Shown here piece after piece: positions 1 through 10,724 of a stretch of 64,000 nucleotides of DNA (position 1 is its first letter; each line of letters begins with the position of its first letter). Where the stretch lies: IMG/VR virus record IMGVR_UViG_3300042898_002309, positions 33,025 to 97,024 of that record, one strand, 5' to 3'. The notes under the pieces are model-generated. The model did not search any database and had not been told where the DNA came from. It saw only the letters and a list, made by a program, of their open reading frames with translations. The translations under genes were made by a program, and so were the position numbers. The DNA is from a virus.

Positions 1-1454
1 TCTACCAAGTTTCTTTTAAAATAACTTAATCCAACTTTACCATATGTTGCTGGTTTTTTTAATGCTGCTAAAGATTGTTTAAATCCTTTTTCTGCAATTT
101 TAAAACCTGCTTTAGGATCTAGTATTAAATCAGCACCTTTTAATGACATAATTTTTTCAGAAGTACCTAATAATCTTCTTGCTGAACCTTGCATAATATT
201 AGGTACAGTAAGTTTATTACTATAATTAATAAGTACAGCATTTTTTAAAGTTACTTCATTACCAACTTGATTTGCTACTTTTCTATATTGTGCTTGTAAA
301 TCATCAGATGGAGCTTCACCATTTTCATTATAGTATTTTTCATACATTTCTCTGTATGTCTCATTTTCTTTCATTCCACCTTCTAGTCTACCTTCAGAAA
401 GTGCCATGTTAATATTTCTTACATCAAAATAAAATGCACCAAAACCTTTACTAACTTTAGCTAAATTACTTAAATTTTTAAATTCATCTGCACCTGTAAA
501 TGCTGCTTTACCATATGCCCAACTATTTTCTATAGGATTTATAAATTTAGCACCTGCATTTACTGTAGCATTAAAAAAAGTTCTTGCAGCTCCAACATCT
601 TTTAAACTATTAACTTTTTTTAATAATTTTGAACCTGTTTCAGCAATATTCCATAATGCTTTTGGAGCTTTTAATAATGAAGCAATACCTCCTCTAAGTC
701 CACCTCCAACAACTCCAACTGCTGTTCCTTCAGGTCCTGCTAATGTACCAATTGCACCACCAATAACGGCACCTTCAACCATTCCTTCTCCAAATATACC
801 AAGTGTATAAGAAAAACTATTAAATATATTATTAACAAAACCTCCTAATCCACCTACACTAGAATAACCAATAGCAGCTGCTTCTTCATAATCTAATGCT
901 TCATCAATGTCTCCACCAAAATTACCTTGAGCCATTTGAGCATAACTTTTAGGACCAGAGATTGCACCTTTTATAAATAATGGTACAGCAGAATGTTGGA
1001 ACATTCTTATAGCACGATCTATTCCAGTAGTTTGTGAGTTATACATTAACTCATTATTCATTTCAGGATTAAAACCTACTCTATCATAAGTCTTTTGACC
1101 AAATGCTTTATATTTTGCTTTATGTGCTCCTTGAGCAGAAGCATCATAACTATGTGGTCTTATAAAAGATTCATTGCTCTGTAATTTTTGAAGACTGTTA
1201 GTCATATAATTTGACCAATCTTGAGCAGTAGCAGGAGTACTTTTTTTATTTACTTGTCCTGGATAACCTACAACTCTTTCTTGTATTGGCAATTGATTAA
1301 CAATTAAACTTGGAACAACAGGTTTATAAAGAAACATGTCTTTATGCATGTTAATTTTTTCACCATTAAATGGAAGAAAGTCCTGAAGGTCTGCTTTACC
1401 TTGTTTAAATAAATCAGGATTAAGATTTTCTGAATTTGTTGGAGTATCTGCCAT
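1..1454 (-). CDS. 5' part of a large virion/cargo protein, truncated by the window edge (position typical of crAss-like giant ejected proteins)
   Basis: ATG at 1454 (MADTPTNSENLNPDLFKQ...) lies 4 nt after the stop of the upstream gene. The parts of the frame I translated are open and it appears to run off the edge, which would explain its absence from the ORF track. It contains a Gly/Ala-rich hydrophobic segment and ALSEGRLEGG. Confidence 0.7.
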   Translation of the reverse strand, partial: MADTPTNSENLNPDLFKQGKADLQDFLPFNGEKINMHKDMFLYKPVVPSLIVNQLPIQERVVGYPGQVNKKSTPATAQDWSNYMTNSLQKLQSNESFIRPHSYDASAQGAHKAKYKAFGQKTYDRVGFNPEMNNELMYNSQTTGIDRAIRMFQHSAVPLFIKGAISGPKSYAQMAQGNFGGDIDEALDYEEAAAIGYSSVGGLGGFVNNIFNSFSYTLGIFGEGMVEGAVIGGAIGTLAGPEGTAVGVVGGGLRGGIASLLKAPKALWNIAETGSKLLKKVNSLKDVGAARTFFNATVNAGAKFINPIENSWAYGKAAFTGADEFKNLSNLAKVSKGFGAFYFDVRNINMALSEGRLEGGMKENETYREMYEKYYNENGEAPSDDLQAQYRKVANQVGNEVTLKNAVLINYSNKLTVPNIMQGSARRLLGTSEKIMSLKGADLILDPKAGFKIAEKGFKQSLAALKKPATYGKVGLSYFKRNLV

Positions 1455-1458
1455 TGAC

Positions 1459-4400
1459 TTATTTTTTTGATTGGTTTATTTGATTTAATGTTATATTATT
1501 TGCACTTTCTAAATCTATAATTTGATTATTTAATACAGCTGGTACTAATTCAATGTTTCCACCATAATTTTGAGATGGTGTATAATCTGTTCTTACATCC
1601 CATGTTCCATCAGATAAAAGAACTCTTATTTTATGTTGTACACTATAACCACCTGGCATATTTGCATTTGCTGTTATTACATAACTATTATTTGGATCTA
1701 TTGGACTTACATATTTAAAACCTTTTTCACCTTGTGCATTAATTACACCTTCAACTGGACCCATTCTTGATTTTTTTGCTAATGTATTTGACCAATGATT
1801 ATTTGGTGCTACAAATGAAATACCATATGTCATTGCTGAATTTGCTTCATCTTCTGTTATTAATCCTGTTGGATTAGTTTTAGTAATAATTAAATCTTTA
1901 TATGTTTCAGGACTAAATTTAAATATCATTGCAGATTTATTACTGTCTTCACCTGCAATAATTGCATGTTGTACATAAGATCTTCCAGGAGTTTCTCTTT
2001 GAGATAATACTTGTATTAAATTTATAATTTTTTGAGTGTGGGCATTTCCCATTGCTTTAGAAGCATCTAATGTTCCTTTACTAATACCACTAAATGTAGC
2101 AGTATAATTTTTTGAATCAGATTGATTAAAATTTTGTATATCTCTTATTGTTTCATTAAAAATAGCATTTCCAACAGCACCAGGTACTTTTGGAAGAACT
2201 TCAACTGCTTGTAAATCCATTGAATATTTAGCTGTTTTACCACCTGCTGATGTTCTACCAACTACATCATATCTTTTAATTTCATTACTTTTTACAATAT
2301 TAGTATATGCAGTATTTAATGAATTATATACCGATTCAATATCAGATGCACTATTTAACTCATTAATGTAATCATTTACTATTTTAGCACCTGTATCATT
2401 TGGTTTATACCATGCAGATTCTTTTGGTTGTGCTTTACCTGCAGCAATTCTTTTTTTCAATTCATTTTGTTGTGCAGTTGTTAAATTATTTGGTTTATTA
2501 GTAATATCACTAATACTATATACATTATCCATATTATTAAGCATAAGATATTTATCTTCACCTTTTTTAGGTAAATTTTTTGCTAATGCTGCTGTATTTT
2601 TTAAAAATTTAGTTTTATCAATTAAATCTAAACCAGATACTGATGAATTTGCAATTTTTTCTGCAGTTATATCATCAATTCCTTGTGATTTTAATACTCC
2701 TTTTAATGAAGTTACTATTGTTTTACGATTTGCAATATCAGTTTGGTATATACCTTTTAATGCTGAAGTATATGTAGACATTTTTAATCCAGCACTTAAT
2801 TCTCCATCAGGTGAATAATTCATATTATTAATATAAGTTGCTACAGATTCTCTTGCATTTTGACTTTTTGCATATGCATCAATTGCTTGTTTTAATTTTA
2901 TTAATTTTGCAGTACCATAAGTATTTAAAAAAGCTGTTGGATTTTTATTATACTCTTCTAAAAATTTAGCAGGAGTCATCATTTTCATTGTTCCTCCAAT
3001 TAATTCATCTCTTACAGTAGTACCTTTTAACATTGCTGATACTACTGGAAGTGCAACGTTTGTTGAACTTAATTCATTACTTAACATATTCATAGTAGTT
3101 GATAACCACGGTGTTACATTTTCTTTTGCCCAATCACCTTTTTGTTCTCTGTTTTCAAGTACACCTGAATTTGGATCAGCAGCACCAGCACCACTATTTG
3201 CTCCTGGTAATGTAAAAGTTTGAAAAACATTTTCATTATCAACTATTTGACCTTGTGCATTAATTACTTTGCTACCAGTATCTACACCTTTTAAAAGTAT
3301 ATCTCTTTGAAATTTAAGATCATCATCTTCTCTTTGTGCTTGTCTTGTTCTTTGTGCTTCATCTACTCTATACATATGAGCTTCTGCTTGTAATGCAAAT
3401 GGATTAGCTTGATAATCTACTTTAACATGGCTATCAGCAAAAATAAGTGCAGATTCTTGTATATCTTGACTTAATAATAAACTTGCAGTACCTACATCTA
3501 CTTTTTGTCTTAATGATGCAATATCTGAAAAAGGATTATTATCTCCTGTTGTAGTTGATAAAGTTCTTGAATTAGGGGTATTTACTATATTATTAACAGT
3601 TTCATCATTTGCTAATACAGCATCAGTTACTGCAATATTTTTTTTAAGTTGTTCAAGATATGCATTAGTATTAATATTTGCGTCACCACTTTCTATAGAT
3701 TTAGTTACTTCTTGTTCTCTATTACTATTTACAGTTTGTTCATTTTTTGAATTTTCATATCTTTGTTTAGAATATTGACTTATATTATTATACTGTTTTG
3801 TCAAATACTCTCTTTCAGCAAGATTAACATCCCCTCCATGAACAGCAGCATTTTGATACATGTAATCTTTTCTATTTAAATAAGCCTGAGTTTTATAAAC
3901 ATCTGCAACAGCAGGATCTGAACTAAATTGAGCTTGAAGTAATTTCATTAATGGTTCAACAATAGCTTCTCTTCCTCCAGTAGTCTTAACAATAAATTTA
4001 CCATCAAATTCAATTGGTGCTTCAATTTTATCAAACCCATTATCTTTAGCAATTTTTTGAGCTTTTTCAATTATATTAAGATAAGGAGTGTAAGATACAT
4101 TACCAAGATTCATTGTTTCCTCAAGAGTAGAATTTTTAAATTCTTCAGTTCTATAATCAATTTCTCTTAACCCATCATCCCAATATTTTGCTGCTTGCTT
4201 TTCATCTTTATTATTTTTTAAACCAAGACCATATTCTCTCTCACTATTTTTATTTTTAGTCCAAGCCATATCTTTCATAAGATGTTTATCTTGATAGAAA
4301 GGTTTAAATACTTGAGTAGCTTGATCAACATTTTGTTGTAATGATAAATCTAAACCAGAAACACGTTTTAAATTAAAGTCAATTGCTTTAAGTAATTCAT

Positions 4401-4593
4401 CTTTCTTTTTAAGATTATCTCCATGAGTTAAATCTGCATAGAAATATTGACCATAAACATTATTTAATGCTTTATAGTTTGTATCATACTGATTTTGCTT
4501 TGTCTGTAATGTTTTTGCATAAAAATTTAAATCAGGTTGAAAGGGTTGAAATTGAGGTATAAAATCAGTAACTCCTTGAAGATATGTTGCCAT
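1459..4593 (-). CDS. Putative internal virion (cargo/ejection) protein, 1044 aa
   Basis: Long ORF with helical/coiled-coil character and N-terminus MATYLQGVTDFIPQFQPFQPDLNFY. Lies downstream of the tail stabilisation gene, as crAss-like cargo genes do. Confidence 0.55.
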   Translation of the reverse strand: MATYLQGVTDFIPQFQPFQPDLNFYAKTLQTKQNQYDTNYKALNNVYGQYFYADLTHGDNLKKKDELLKAIDFNLKRVSGLDLSLQQNVDQATQVFKPFYQDKHLMKDMAWTKNKNSEREYGLGLKNNKDEKQAAKYWDDGLREIDYRTEEFKNSTLEETMNLGNVSYTPYLNIIEKAQKIAKDNGFDKIEAPIEFDGKFIVKTTGGREAIVEPLMKLLQAQFSSDPAVADVYKTQAYLNRKDYMYQNAAVHGGDVNLAEREYLTKQYNNISQYSKQRYENSKNEQTVNSNREQEVTKSIESGDANINTNAYLEQLKKNIAVTDAVLANDETVNNIVNTPNSRTLSTTTGDNNPFSDIASLRQKVDVGTASLLLSQDIQESALIFADSHVKVDYQANPFALQAEAHMYRVDEAQRTRQAQREDDDLKFQRDILLKGVDTGSKVINAQGQIVDNENVFQTFTLPGANSGAGAADPNSGVLENREQKGDWAKENVTPWLSTTMNMLSNELSSTNVALPVVSAMLKGTTVRDELIGGTMKMMTPAKFLEEYNKNPTAFLNTYGTAKLIKLKQAIDAYAKSQNARESVATYINNMNYSPDGELSAGLKMSTYTSALKGIYQTDIANRKTIVTSLKGVLKSQGIDDITAEKIANSSVSGLDLIDKTKFLKNTAALAKNLPKKGEDKYLMLNNMDNVYSISDITNKPNNLTTAQQNELKKRIAAGKAQPKESAWYKPNDTGAKIVNDYINELNSASDIESVYNSLNTAYTNIVKSNEIKRYDVVGRTSAGGKTAKYSMDLQAVEVLPKVPGAVGNAIFNETIRDIQNFNQSDSKNYTATFSGISKGTLDASKAMGNAHTQKIINLIQVLSQRETPGRSYVQHAIIAGEDSNKSAMIFKFSPETYKDLIITKTNPTGLITEDEANSAMTYGISFVAPNNHWSNTLAKKSRMGPVEGVINAQGEKGFKYVSPIDPNNSYVITANANMPGGYSVQHKIRVLLSDGTWDVRTDYTPSQNYGGNIELVPAVLNNQIIDLESANNITLNQINQSKK

Positions 4594-4644
4594 AATATTA
4601 TTATTAATCTATATTGTAAATATATTAAAATTTTATAAGTTTAC

Positions 4645-4661
4645 TAAACCTATAAAGTTTA
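4645..4661. promoter_or_regulatory. Palindromic operator-like site TAAAC-N7-GTTTA
   Basis: taaacctataaagttta; same spacing at 10708 and 63062, one mismatch at 39941 and 48182. Confidence 0.55.
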
Positions 4662-7600
4662 TGTAAACATAAAAGGAAAAACATTAGATCCCATTACATA
4701 TGCCATTTGAACAGAACCACCTTTTTTACCTTGTGACATATTATTATACATATCAGGTATTTCATTACTTATACCTTGTTGATTCATATAATTATTTAAC
4801 AATAGTCCTTGTGATTTTTCTGGTAATCCTGCAGCATTTATTTTATTAGCATATGCAAAATAATCTTTTTGTTGCTCAGGAGAAAAACCTCTATTAGTAT
4901 CACGGTAATACATTCTACCACCTGATCTAGGATCAACTGCATAATTTGGATACATTTGATTCATTGCATCAGTTTGCCACATATTAGTAAGTAATGTATT
5001 TTCTGAGTCAACTAAGTTATGTCTTAGTGCACGTTTAGTATTATCAAATTGTTGATTAGCAATTACATTTTGATCATATAACTGTTTATTTTGTGCTTGA
5101 TTATATCTTTGAGCTTCATTTCTTATTTGTGCATTACTACCAGCAAATTGATTAGCTAAACCAACATTAAGATTATTATATCTTCCTAATGTATCTGCTG
5201 CTTGTTTAGCTCCTTGTCCTTGAATAGATGCTGCTCTTGCAGATAAATCTTGTGCCCCCATAAATTGCCCTAATGCTTGATTAGTTATATTTGCTTGTTC
5301 AGATTGTGCTGCTAACTCTCTAGTAGGATCATAGAAAGTAGGATCTAACATTTCAGGATGATAACTAGCTGCCCATGGTAAATATTTTTCAGCACTAAAA
5401 TAATCTAATCCAGCATTAAGTCTATTTAATTTATCTTGTGCCCATGGTGCTGGAGGAATTTCAACATTTGGTTCTTGTTGGTATTCATCTTGAACAATTT
5501 CTTCTTCAGTTGGTATACCTTCTACATCAGTTTCATATAATTCTTTTTTTGTTGGAACATATGCTCCTTTTTGTTCTCCAGTAGTATCAGTATATACCCA
5601 ATCAATAGGAGAAATTCTAGGATTTTTTTGTCCTTTTTCATCAGCCGCACCACTTTCATATGCTCCCCAATTTTCTAATGCTTTTTTTTCTTCTGGTGTT
5701 TTTACTTTATTATTTATTGCATCAGTAAATCCTTGAAAAGTAGCTTGTTCTAATGCTGTATCCCCTAATTTAATTCCAACTCTATCAAATGCTTTTCCTA
5801 AATCAGTAATGTCTTTATCCTTATATATTTTATATTGATTTTGTGCTTCAGTAAGAGTTATTGGTTTTCCAGCATCTGTTATAATTTTTTTAGCAACCAT
5901 TTGTTGAGGTGTCAATAATTTACCAGTGGATGCATTTTCAAAATATCTTGCTTGAATACCATGTGCTTGTAATGCAGTATTTCTTTTTTGATGTTTAAGA
6001 AAAGCATCTCTTATTTCTTCATTACTAAACTGTTTATCTTTATATGCTGTATATGCTTTACTAGTTTTACCAGTACTACTTCTATATTTAGTTTCATCTT
6101 TAAGTGCTGCACGTGTATAATCTGCAAGAACTTTTGTAAATTCAGGAGTATTAATGGATTTTTCCATTTCTCTAAATGTTGCAGCATATTCTTTTGCATT
6201 ATTCCAAGTAGTTCCTAAATCTTGACCAGTGTATGGATCTGATCCTACTGTTCTTTGAGATACTTTTTTATATTTACCATCTGGCATAAGTATATAAACT
6301 GGTTTAGTACCTGCTTTAGCAAATTCTAAATCTCTTGCTTTAGCATATTCTTCATCAGTTTTATATTCACCTCTATTAATTACAACAGCCCCTTCAGGAA
6401 TATTATATTTAACTTCACCTTTACTTTGGTATCTAGTTAATGAACCACCATTTCTATATCCTGAAGGAGGAGTATAACCATCAGTTCCAATACTACCTTG
6501 TGAAAATCTTGGAGTTTCACCTTTAAAACTAGGTGTAAAAGGAGCACTTTGATTAGTTTTTAAACTTGCATTTACAAAATTATTTTCACCTTGATTAGTT
6601 GGCACTTCAGGTGTTGAAGATACTTCAGGTACTTCAGGTGTTGAAGGTGTTGAAGATCCATAAGTATTATAATAATTATTTTGACTTTGTGGTCTTACTT
6701 GTGTGTTATCATTATTTTGATTAGATGCTGCACCAGATTGAGGATAACCATAATAATTATTAATTACATTTTTTTTATTTTTAATTCTACGTTTATTATT
6801 ACCACCAAATAAATTACTAAAGAATCCACCACCACTTGTAGATTGATTATTTTCTGAATTATTTTCTGAACCAAATTGTTCCATAGGATTAAAGCCACCC
6901 ATAGTAGTTCCATATTGAGCCATAGGTGTTTCCATCATTTCCTCTTGTGGATTCTGTCCTTGAGGACCTTCAGCCATTTCTTCTTGAGGATTTTGTTGTC
7001 CTTGTTGCATTACTTCTTGAATAGCAGCCTGTGCTTCTTCTTGAGGCATACCAACTTGTACAAGTATTTGCATTATTGCTTGAGGAGGAACTTGATTTTG
7101 TAGTAATTGCATTATTACATCTTCAGGTTGTGCACCTTGTTGTAACATTTGTTGAACTTGTTGAACCATTTGTGCAAGAGGATCAGCACCACCTTGTTGT
7201 TGTGGTGCACCTTGTTGTTGCTGTTGTTGCATCATTGCCATTTCTTCAGGAGAAGGTTGACCTTGTTCCATTCCTTGTTGAGCTACTCTTAATCTTCTAC
7301 CCATTTGAAAGCCATATCTTCCCATTGGAGATTCCATAGACTCTTCTTGAGGATTTTGCATACCTTGAACTTGCTCTACAGATTCTTCTTCAGGAGATTG
7401 TACACCCATACCTTGATTCTCATATGGATTTTGCATTGCTTGACTATTAACCTGTGCTTCTGGTTTAGCTTTTTGTGGTATCAAGTCTTCATCTTTAATG
7501 CCCATTTGTTCCATATATGGTCTAGCTACTTCAGGTATACCTTGTGGGAATCCTTTTTTACTTTCTTGTGCAATTGCTAATGCACCAAGTTTCATATTAA

Positions 7601-8093
7601 TATTTTTAATCATTAACTCAGCAGACTTTTTATCTACTTTATCTGAGTTAGGATCTTCTAATATTTTTCTATACTTATTAATATCATATGGTTTAGCTAG
7701 TTCAGCAGGAGTAAATGACCCAGTTTTTTTACCAAATTTAGCAAGTATTTTTGGATCTTTAATTTTCATAGATGCAGTATCACTGAATATAAATGTACCA
7801 TCAGGCAAATTTAAAGGAGTTCCTCCATTACTATGTCTTTTTCCACCAATAAGCATGTGTTCAGGAAACCCATCTCCATTGATATCACCAAATGCAGACT
7901 CACCTTTTTCAGCTTCTAGATTAGCTTCATCTCTTGGTACTTGTTTTAGATACCTAGTATTTTCAAGATGTCTTGATGCAGCATTCATATCAGCTCCACC
8001 AAAACTAATTACTTGCTTATTTAAATTGTTACCTGTAAAACCTCCTGATTTTGCTTGTGGTAATCCTTTAGTTATTTTTACTTTAAAGTACAT
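4659..8093 (-). CDS. Putative internal virion/cargo protein with Gln/Met-rich low-complexity region, 1144 aa
   Basis: N-terminal ANLEAEKGE...GKRHSNGG...FIFSD block, which I recognise from crAss-like virion proteins. Q/M-rich middle, Q/N-rich helical C-terminus, several xxGG motifs. Confidence 0.6.
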   Translation of the reverse strand: MYFKVKITKGLPQAKSGGFTGNNLNKQVISFGGADMNAASRHLENTRYLKQVPRDEANLEAEKGESAFGDINGDGFPEHMLIGGKRHSNGGTPLNLPDGTFIFSDTASMKIKDPKILAKFGKKTGSFTPAELAKPYDINKYRKILEDPNSDKVDKKSAELMIKNINMKLGALAIAQESKKGFPQGIPEVARPYMEQMGIKDEDLIPQKAKPEAQVNSQAMQNPYENQGMGVQSPEEESVEQVQGMQNPQEESMESPMGRYGFQMGRRLRVAQQGMEQGQPSPEEMAMMQQQQQQGAPQQQGGADPLAQMVQQVQQMLQQGAQPEDVIMQLLQNQVPPQAIMQILVQVGMPQEEAQAAIQEVMQQGQQNPQEEMAEGPQGQNPQEEMMETPMAQYGTTMGGFNPMEQFGSENNSENNQSTSGGGFFSNLFGGNNKRRIKNKKNVINNYYGYPQSGAASNQNNDNTQVRPQSQNNYYNTYGSSTPSTPEVPEVSSTPEVPTNQGENNFVNASLKTNQSAPFTPSFKGETPRFSQGSIGTDGYTPPSGYRNGGSLTRYQSKGEVKYNIPEGAVVINRGEYKTDEEYAKARDLEFAKAGTKPVYILMPDGKYKKVSQRTVGSDPYTGQDLGTTWNNAKEYAATFREMEKSINTPEFTKVLADYTRAALKDETKYRSSTGKTSKAYTAYKDKQFSNEEIRDAFLKHQKRNTALQAHGIQARYFENASTGKLLTPQQMVAKKIITDAGKPITLTEAQNQYKIYKDKDITDLGKAFDRVGIKLGDTALEQATFQGFTDAINNKVKTPEEKKALENWGAYESGAADEKGQKNPRISPIDWVYTDTTGEQKGAYVPTKKELYETDVEGIPTEEEIVQDEYQQEPNVEIPPAPWAQDKLNRLNAGLDYFSAEKYLPWAASYHPEMLDPTFYDPTRELAAQSEQANITNQALGQFMGAQDLSARAASIQGQGAKQAADTLGRYNNLNVGLANQFAGSNAQIRNEAQRYNQAQNKQLYDQNVIANQQFDNTKRALRHNLVDSENTLLTNMWQTDAMNQMYPNYAVDPRSGGRMYYRDTNRGFSPEQQKDYFAYANKINAAGLPEKSQGLLLNNYMNQQGISNEIPDMYNNMSQGKKGGSVQMAYVMGSNVFPFMFT

Positions 8094-8102
8094 AATATAA
8101 AA

Positions 8103-10661
8103 TTATAAGTATTCTAATTCACCTCCATTAGCAATGAAGTCATCTATTTCTTCTTGAGTCATGTATTGAGTATCCTCATCATCATCTTCAATATTTCCAC
8201 CAGTAGCATAAACTCCTCCACCATATTTTGAAACACCATTGAATCCCATTTTATTTGGTCTAAATAATCCTGAGTTAGGATCATAGTCTCCTTGATCATA
8301 AGCATTATTTATACCATAATTACTTTCAGCAGATGTTGCATTTGCTAACATTTGATTTTCTTGTTTATTAGCTCTAACTTGATCAGTAATATTTGCAAAA
8401 GCATTACCTGCTAATAAACTTAAATCTCCAAGTCCTGCTTTATCAATATCCCAAGCTTGTTTATTTCTAAATTTTTGAGAAACACCTTCTTGATCTTCAT
8501 ATTTAATACCTTCATTAACATAGTTACCATCTGAACCCATTCTTACTGCTGGAGTTTCACCTGTTAATGGATTTTTTTTAGGTTGTGAAAATGGATTTTC
8601 TAATAAATCTCCAGGTTCAGACATTTTAAAATTTGTATTTCTTTTTTTAGTTATATTACCTTCAAAGTCAACACAATCACCTTTATAATCTTTTGTTGAA
8701 CCCATTGGACAATCATTTATACCAGTTTCAAAACCTTCTGCAGCTTTATACAATTCTGGTATAGATACATCTCCTCCATAAGCATATTGAGTATAATCAA
8801 TTGGCCCACCATATGCTTTATATGCAGGTCCTTGATGTCTAATTAAAAAATCTTGATATGAATTTTGATCATCTGATAAATTAGAATTTGTACTACCAGC
8901 TGCTAATGCTTCAATTTTTTTTGCTTGATCAATTTGTTTTTGATTTTCTGGTGTATTAATAAATTCAGATTCAGGATTTGAATTTGTAAAATTATTATTA
9001 CCAAGAAATCTATTTAACTGTCTATCATCTCTATTTTCTTTTCTTTGAGCTCTTGGACTTATAGGTGGATAATAAGGTTCATTACTAGTAACTAATGGAC
9101 TATTTTCTGAAGATTCAACAAGGTTATTAGGTCCTTCATATCCAACTCCCCATGGTATTAGTTTAGCTCCAAGTTGTTGTATTCCTGGTATTTTTGTATT
9201 TACCATTCCTCTACCTAATCTTTCACCAAAAGTTTTACCTCTATATTGTTCATCACTTGGATCACCCATTGATGCATTATTTACATTACCTTGACCTGGA
9301 TTATAAGTAGGTACTTTAAATGAAGCAATTTTTGGTGTAGCTCCATAGTTATATGTCATCTTTTTAGGTCTACCAAATATTCCATATTTATCTACATTAA
9401 CACTTGATGGTAATCTACCTGCAAGATCTGGTCCTGTATATCTTTCACCTGATTGAGTATAGTATGGAGAACCAACAGCTTTATTATATTGTTCACCTCT
9501 ACTAATAATAGGAGATCTAAATATACCTTGTCCATATCCACCTTGATTACCTCTTTGTTGCATGTACTGTTGCATCATATATTGTTGCATCATTTGTTGC
9601 TGTTTTTGGGCAGTAGTAGTATTTTGAGTAACTAACTCATCATATTTCTTTTTATAGTCTTCAGTATCTGCAACTTTTTGATCTTCAGGTCTTTCAACAA
9701 AATCTGATATACCATTTTTATTTACATCTACAATACTATTACCAGTACCTTGATATTTATATAATGATCCACCACGTTTAGCATATCTTTGATAATCTAA
9801 ATCAGAATCTTGATACTGTTCATCCATTGATTCATTATCACCTCCTCCTATAAATTTATATAAACCTTGACCTGTATTACCTCCATATTGTTCTAATGCT
9901 GCAATATCATTTTGAGTATACATGTTATCAGAAAAGATATGTCTTCTAGCTGCAGTATTTTTAGCTAAATGATCATATGGACTTTCAGTATCTATTTGTT
10001 CTTGATTTATACCACCATCTTGTGCATATGCACCAACTTGTGGATTACCATATATAGCATTATATTGTTCTTCAGCTGCTTGTTTTTGTTGTGCTGAATT
10101 AACTGATTCACTAATACCTTTAAAGAAATTACTTACATGTTGTTCTCTACCACCAAGTACATCATCTGCTCCTGGAGAAGGTGTATTTCCACCTTGAGCC
10201 ATTTTTGCAAACTTAGTATATTGATTTATAAAACTTCTTTTACTTGGTTTAGAACCACCATATCTTGCAACTTCTTCTTCTTCTTCTGCTCCTGCTGTTC
10301 CATCATCAACTACACTATTGATTATATCTTGATTACCAGTAACATACATTTGTCTTCTTGATTCTTCTTCTGCAGCATTTTGTTCATCAAGTATTTTTTG
10401 TTGTTCTAATACTTGTGCTTCTGCTAAAGCAATTTTTTGTTTTTTTGAAATATCACTTTCACCATATAAATCATCAGCTTCTTCAATATATTTATCTGCA
10501 GTAGTTTCATCAATACCAGCTTGTATTAACTCTTCTTTAATTGCATCAATATCATAATCATCTACATTCATTTTTTCAGCAATAAAATTTCTTATTAATT
10601 GCTCTTGAGTAGGTTCATTTGACTGACCACCTGCTTTATATATTCTTACTCTCTTTTTCAT
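8103..10661 (-). CDS. Putative internal virion protein, low complexity, dense in xxGG motifs, 852 aa
   Basis: Long ORF in the cargo cluster with about 10 motifs such as YKAGG, ARYGG, MAQGG, AQDGG, AKRGG, AYGG, plus an acidic C-terminal motif. Confidence 0.55.
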   Translation of the reverse strand: MKKRVRIYKAGGQSNEPTQEQLIRNFIAEKMNVDDYDIDAIKEELIQAGIDETTADKYIEEADDLYGESDISKKQKIALAEAQVLEQQKILDEQNAAEEESRRQMYVTGNQDIINSVVDDGTAGAEEEEEVARYGGSKPSKRSFINQYTKFAKMAQGGNTPSPGADDVLGGREQHVSNFFKGISESVNSAQQKQAAEEQYNAIYGNPQVGAYAQDGGINQEQIDTESPYDHLAKNTAARRHIFSDNMYTQNDIAALEQYGGNTGQGLYKFIGGGDNESMDEQYQDSDLDYQRYAKRGGSLYKYQGTGNSIVDVNKNGISDFVERPEDQKVADTEDYKKKYDELVTQNTTTAQKQQQMMQQYMMQQYMQQRGNQGGYGQGIFRSPIISRGEQYNKAVGSPYYTQSGERYTGPDLAGRLPSSVNVDKYGIFGRPKKMTYNYGATPKIASFKVPTYNPGQGNVNNASMGDPSDEQYRGKTFGERLGRGMVNTKIPGIQQLGAKLIPWGVGYEGPNNLVESSENSPLVTSNEPYYPPISPRAQRKENRDDRQLNRFLGNNNFTNSNPESEFINTPENQKQIDQAKKIEALAAGSTNSNLSDDQNSYQDFLIRHQGPAYKAYGGPIDYTQYAYGGDVSIPELYKAAEGFETGINDCPMGSTKDYKGDCVDFEGNITKKRNTNFKMSEPGDLLENPFSQPKKNPLTGETPAVRMGSDGNYVNEGIKYEDQEGVSQKFRNKQAWDIDKAGLGDLSLLAGNAFANITDQVRANKQENQMLANATSAESNYGINNAYDQGDYDPNSGLFRPNKMGFNGVSKYGGGVYATGGNIEDDDEDTQYMTQEEIDDFIANGGELEYL

Positions 10662-10707
10662 ATAACATGTAATATATATTAAATATAATAATTTTTAGTT
10701 TACTGGA

Positions 10708-10724
10708 TAAACATTAAAAGTTTA
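10708..10724. promoter_or_regulatory. Palindromic operator-like site TAAAC-N7-GTTTA
   Basis: taaacattaaaagttta, upstream of the 852-aa gene. Confidence 0.55.

Noticed and set aside
1-4593. Calling the leftmost large proteins the virion RNA polymerase
   Set aside because: No DxDxD catalytic motif is visible in the sequence available; any polymerase gene would lie beyond the window.
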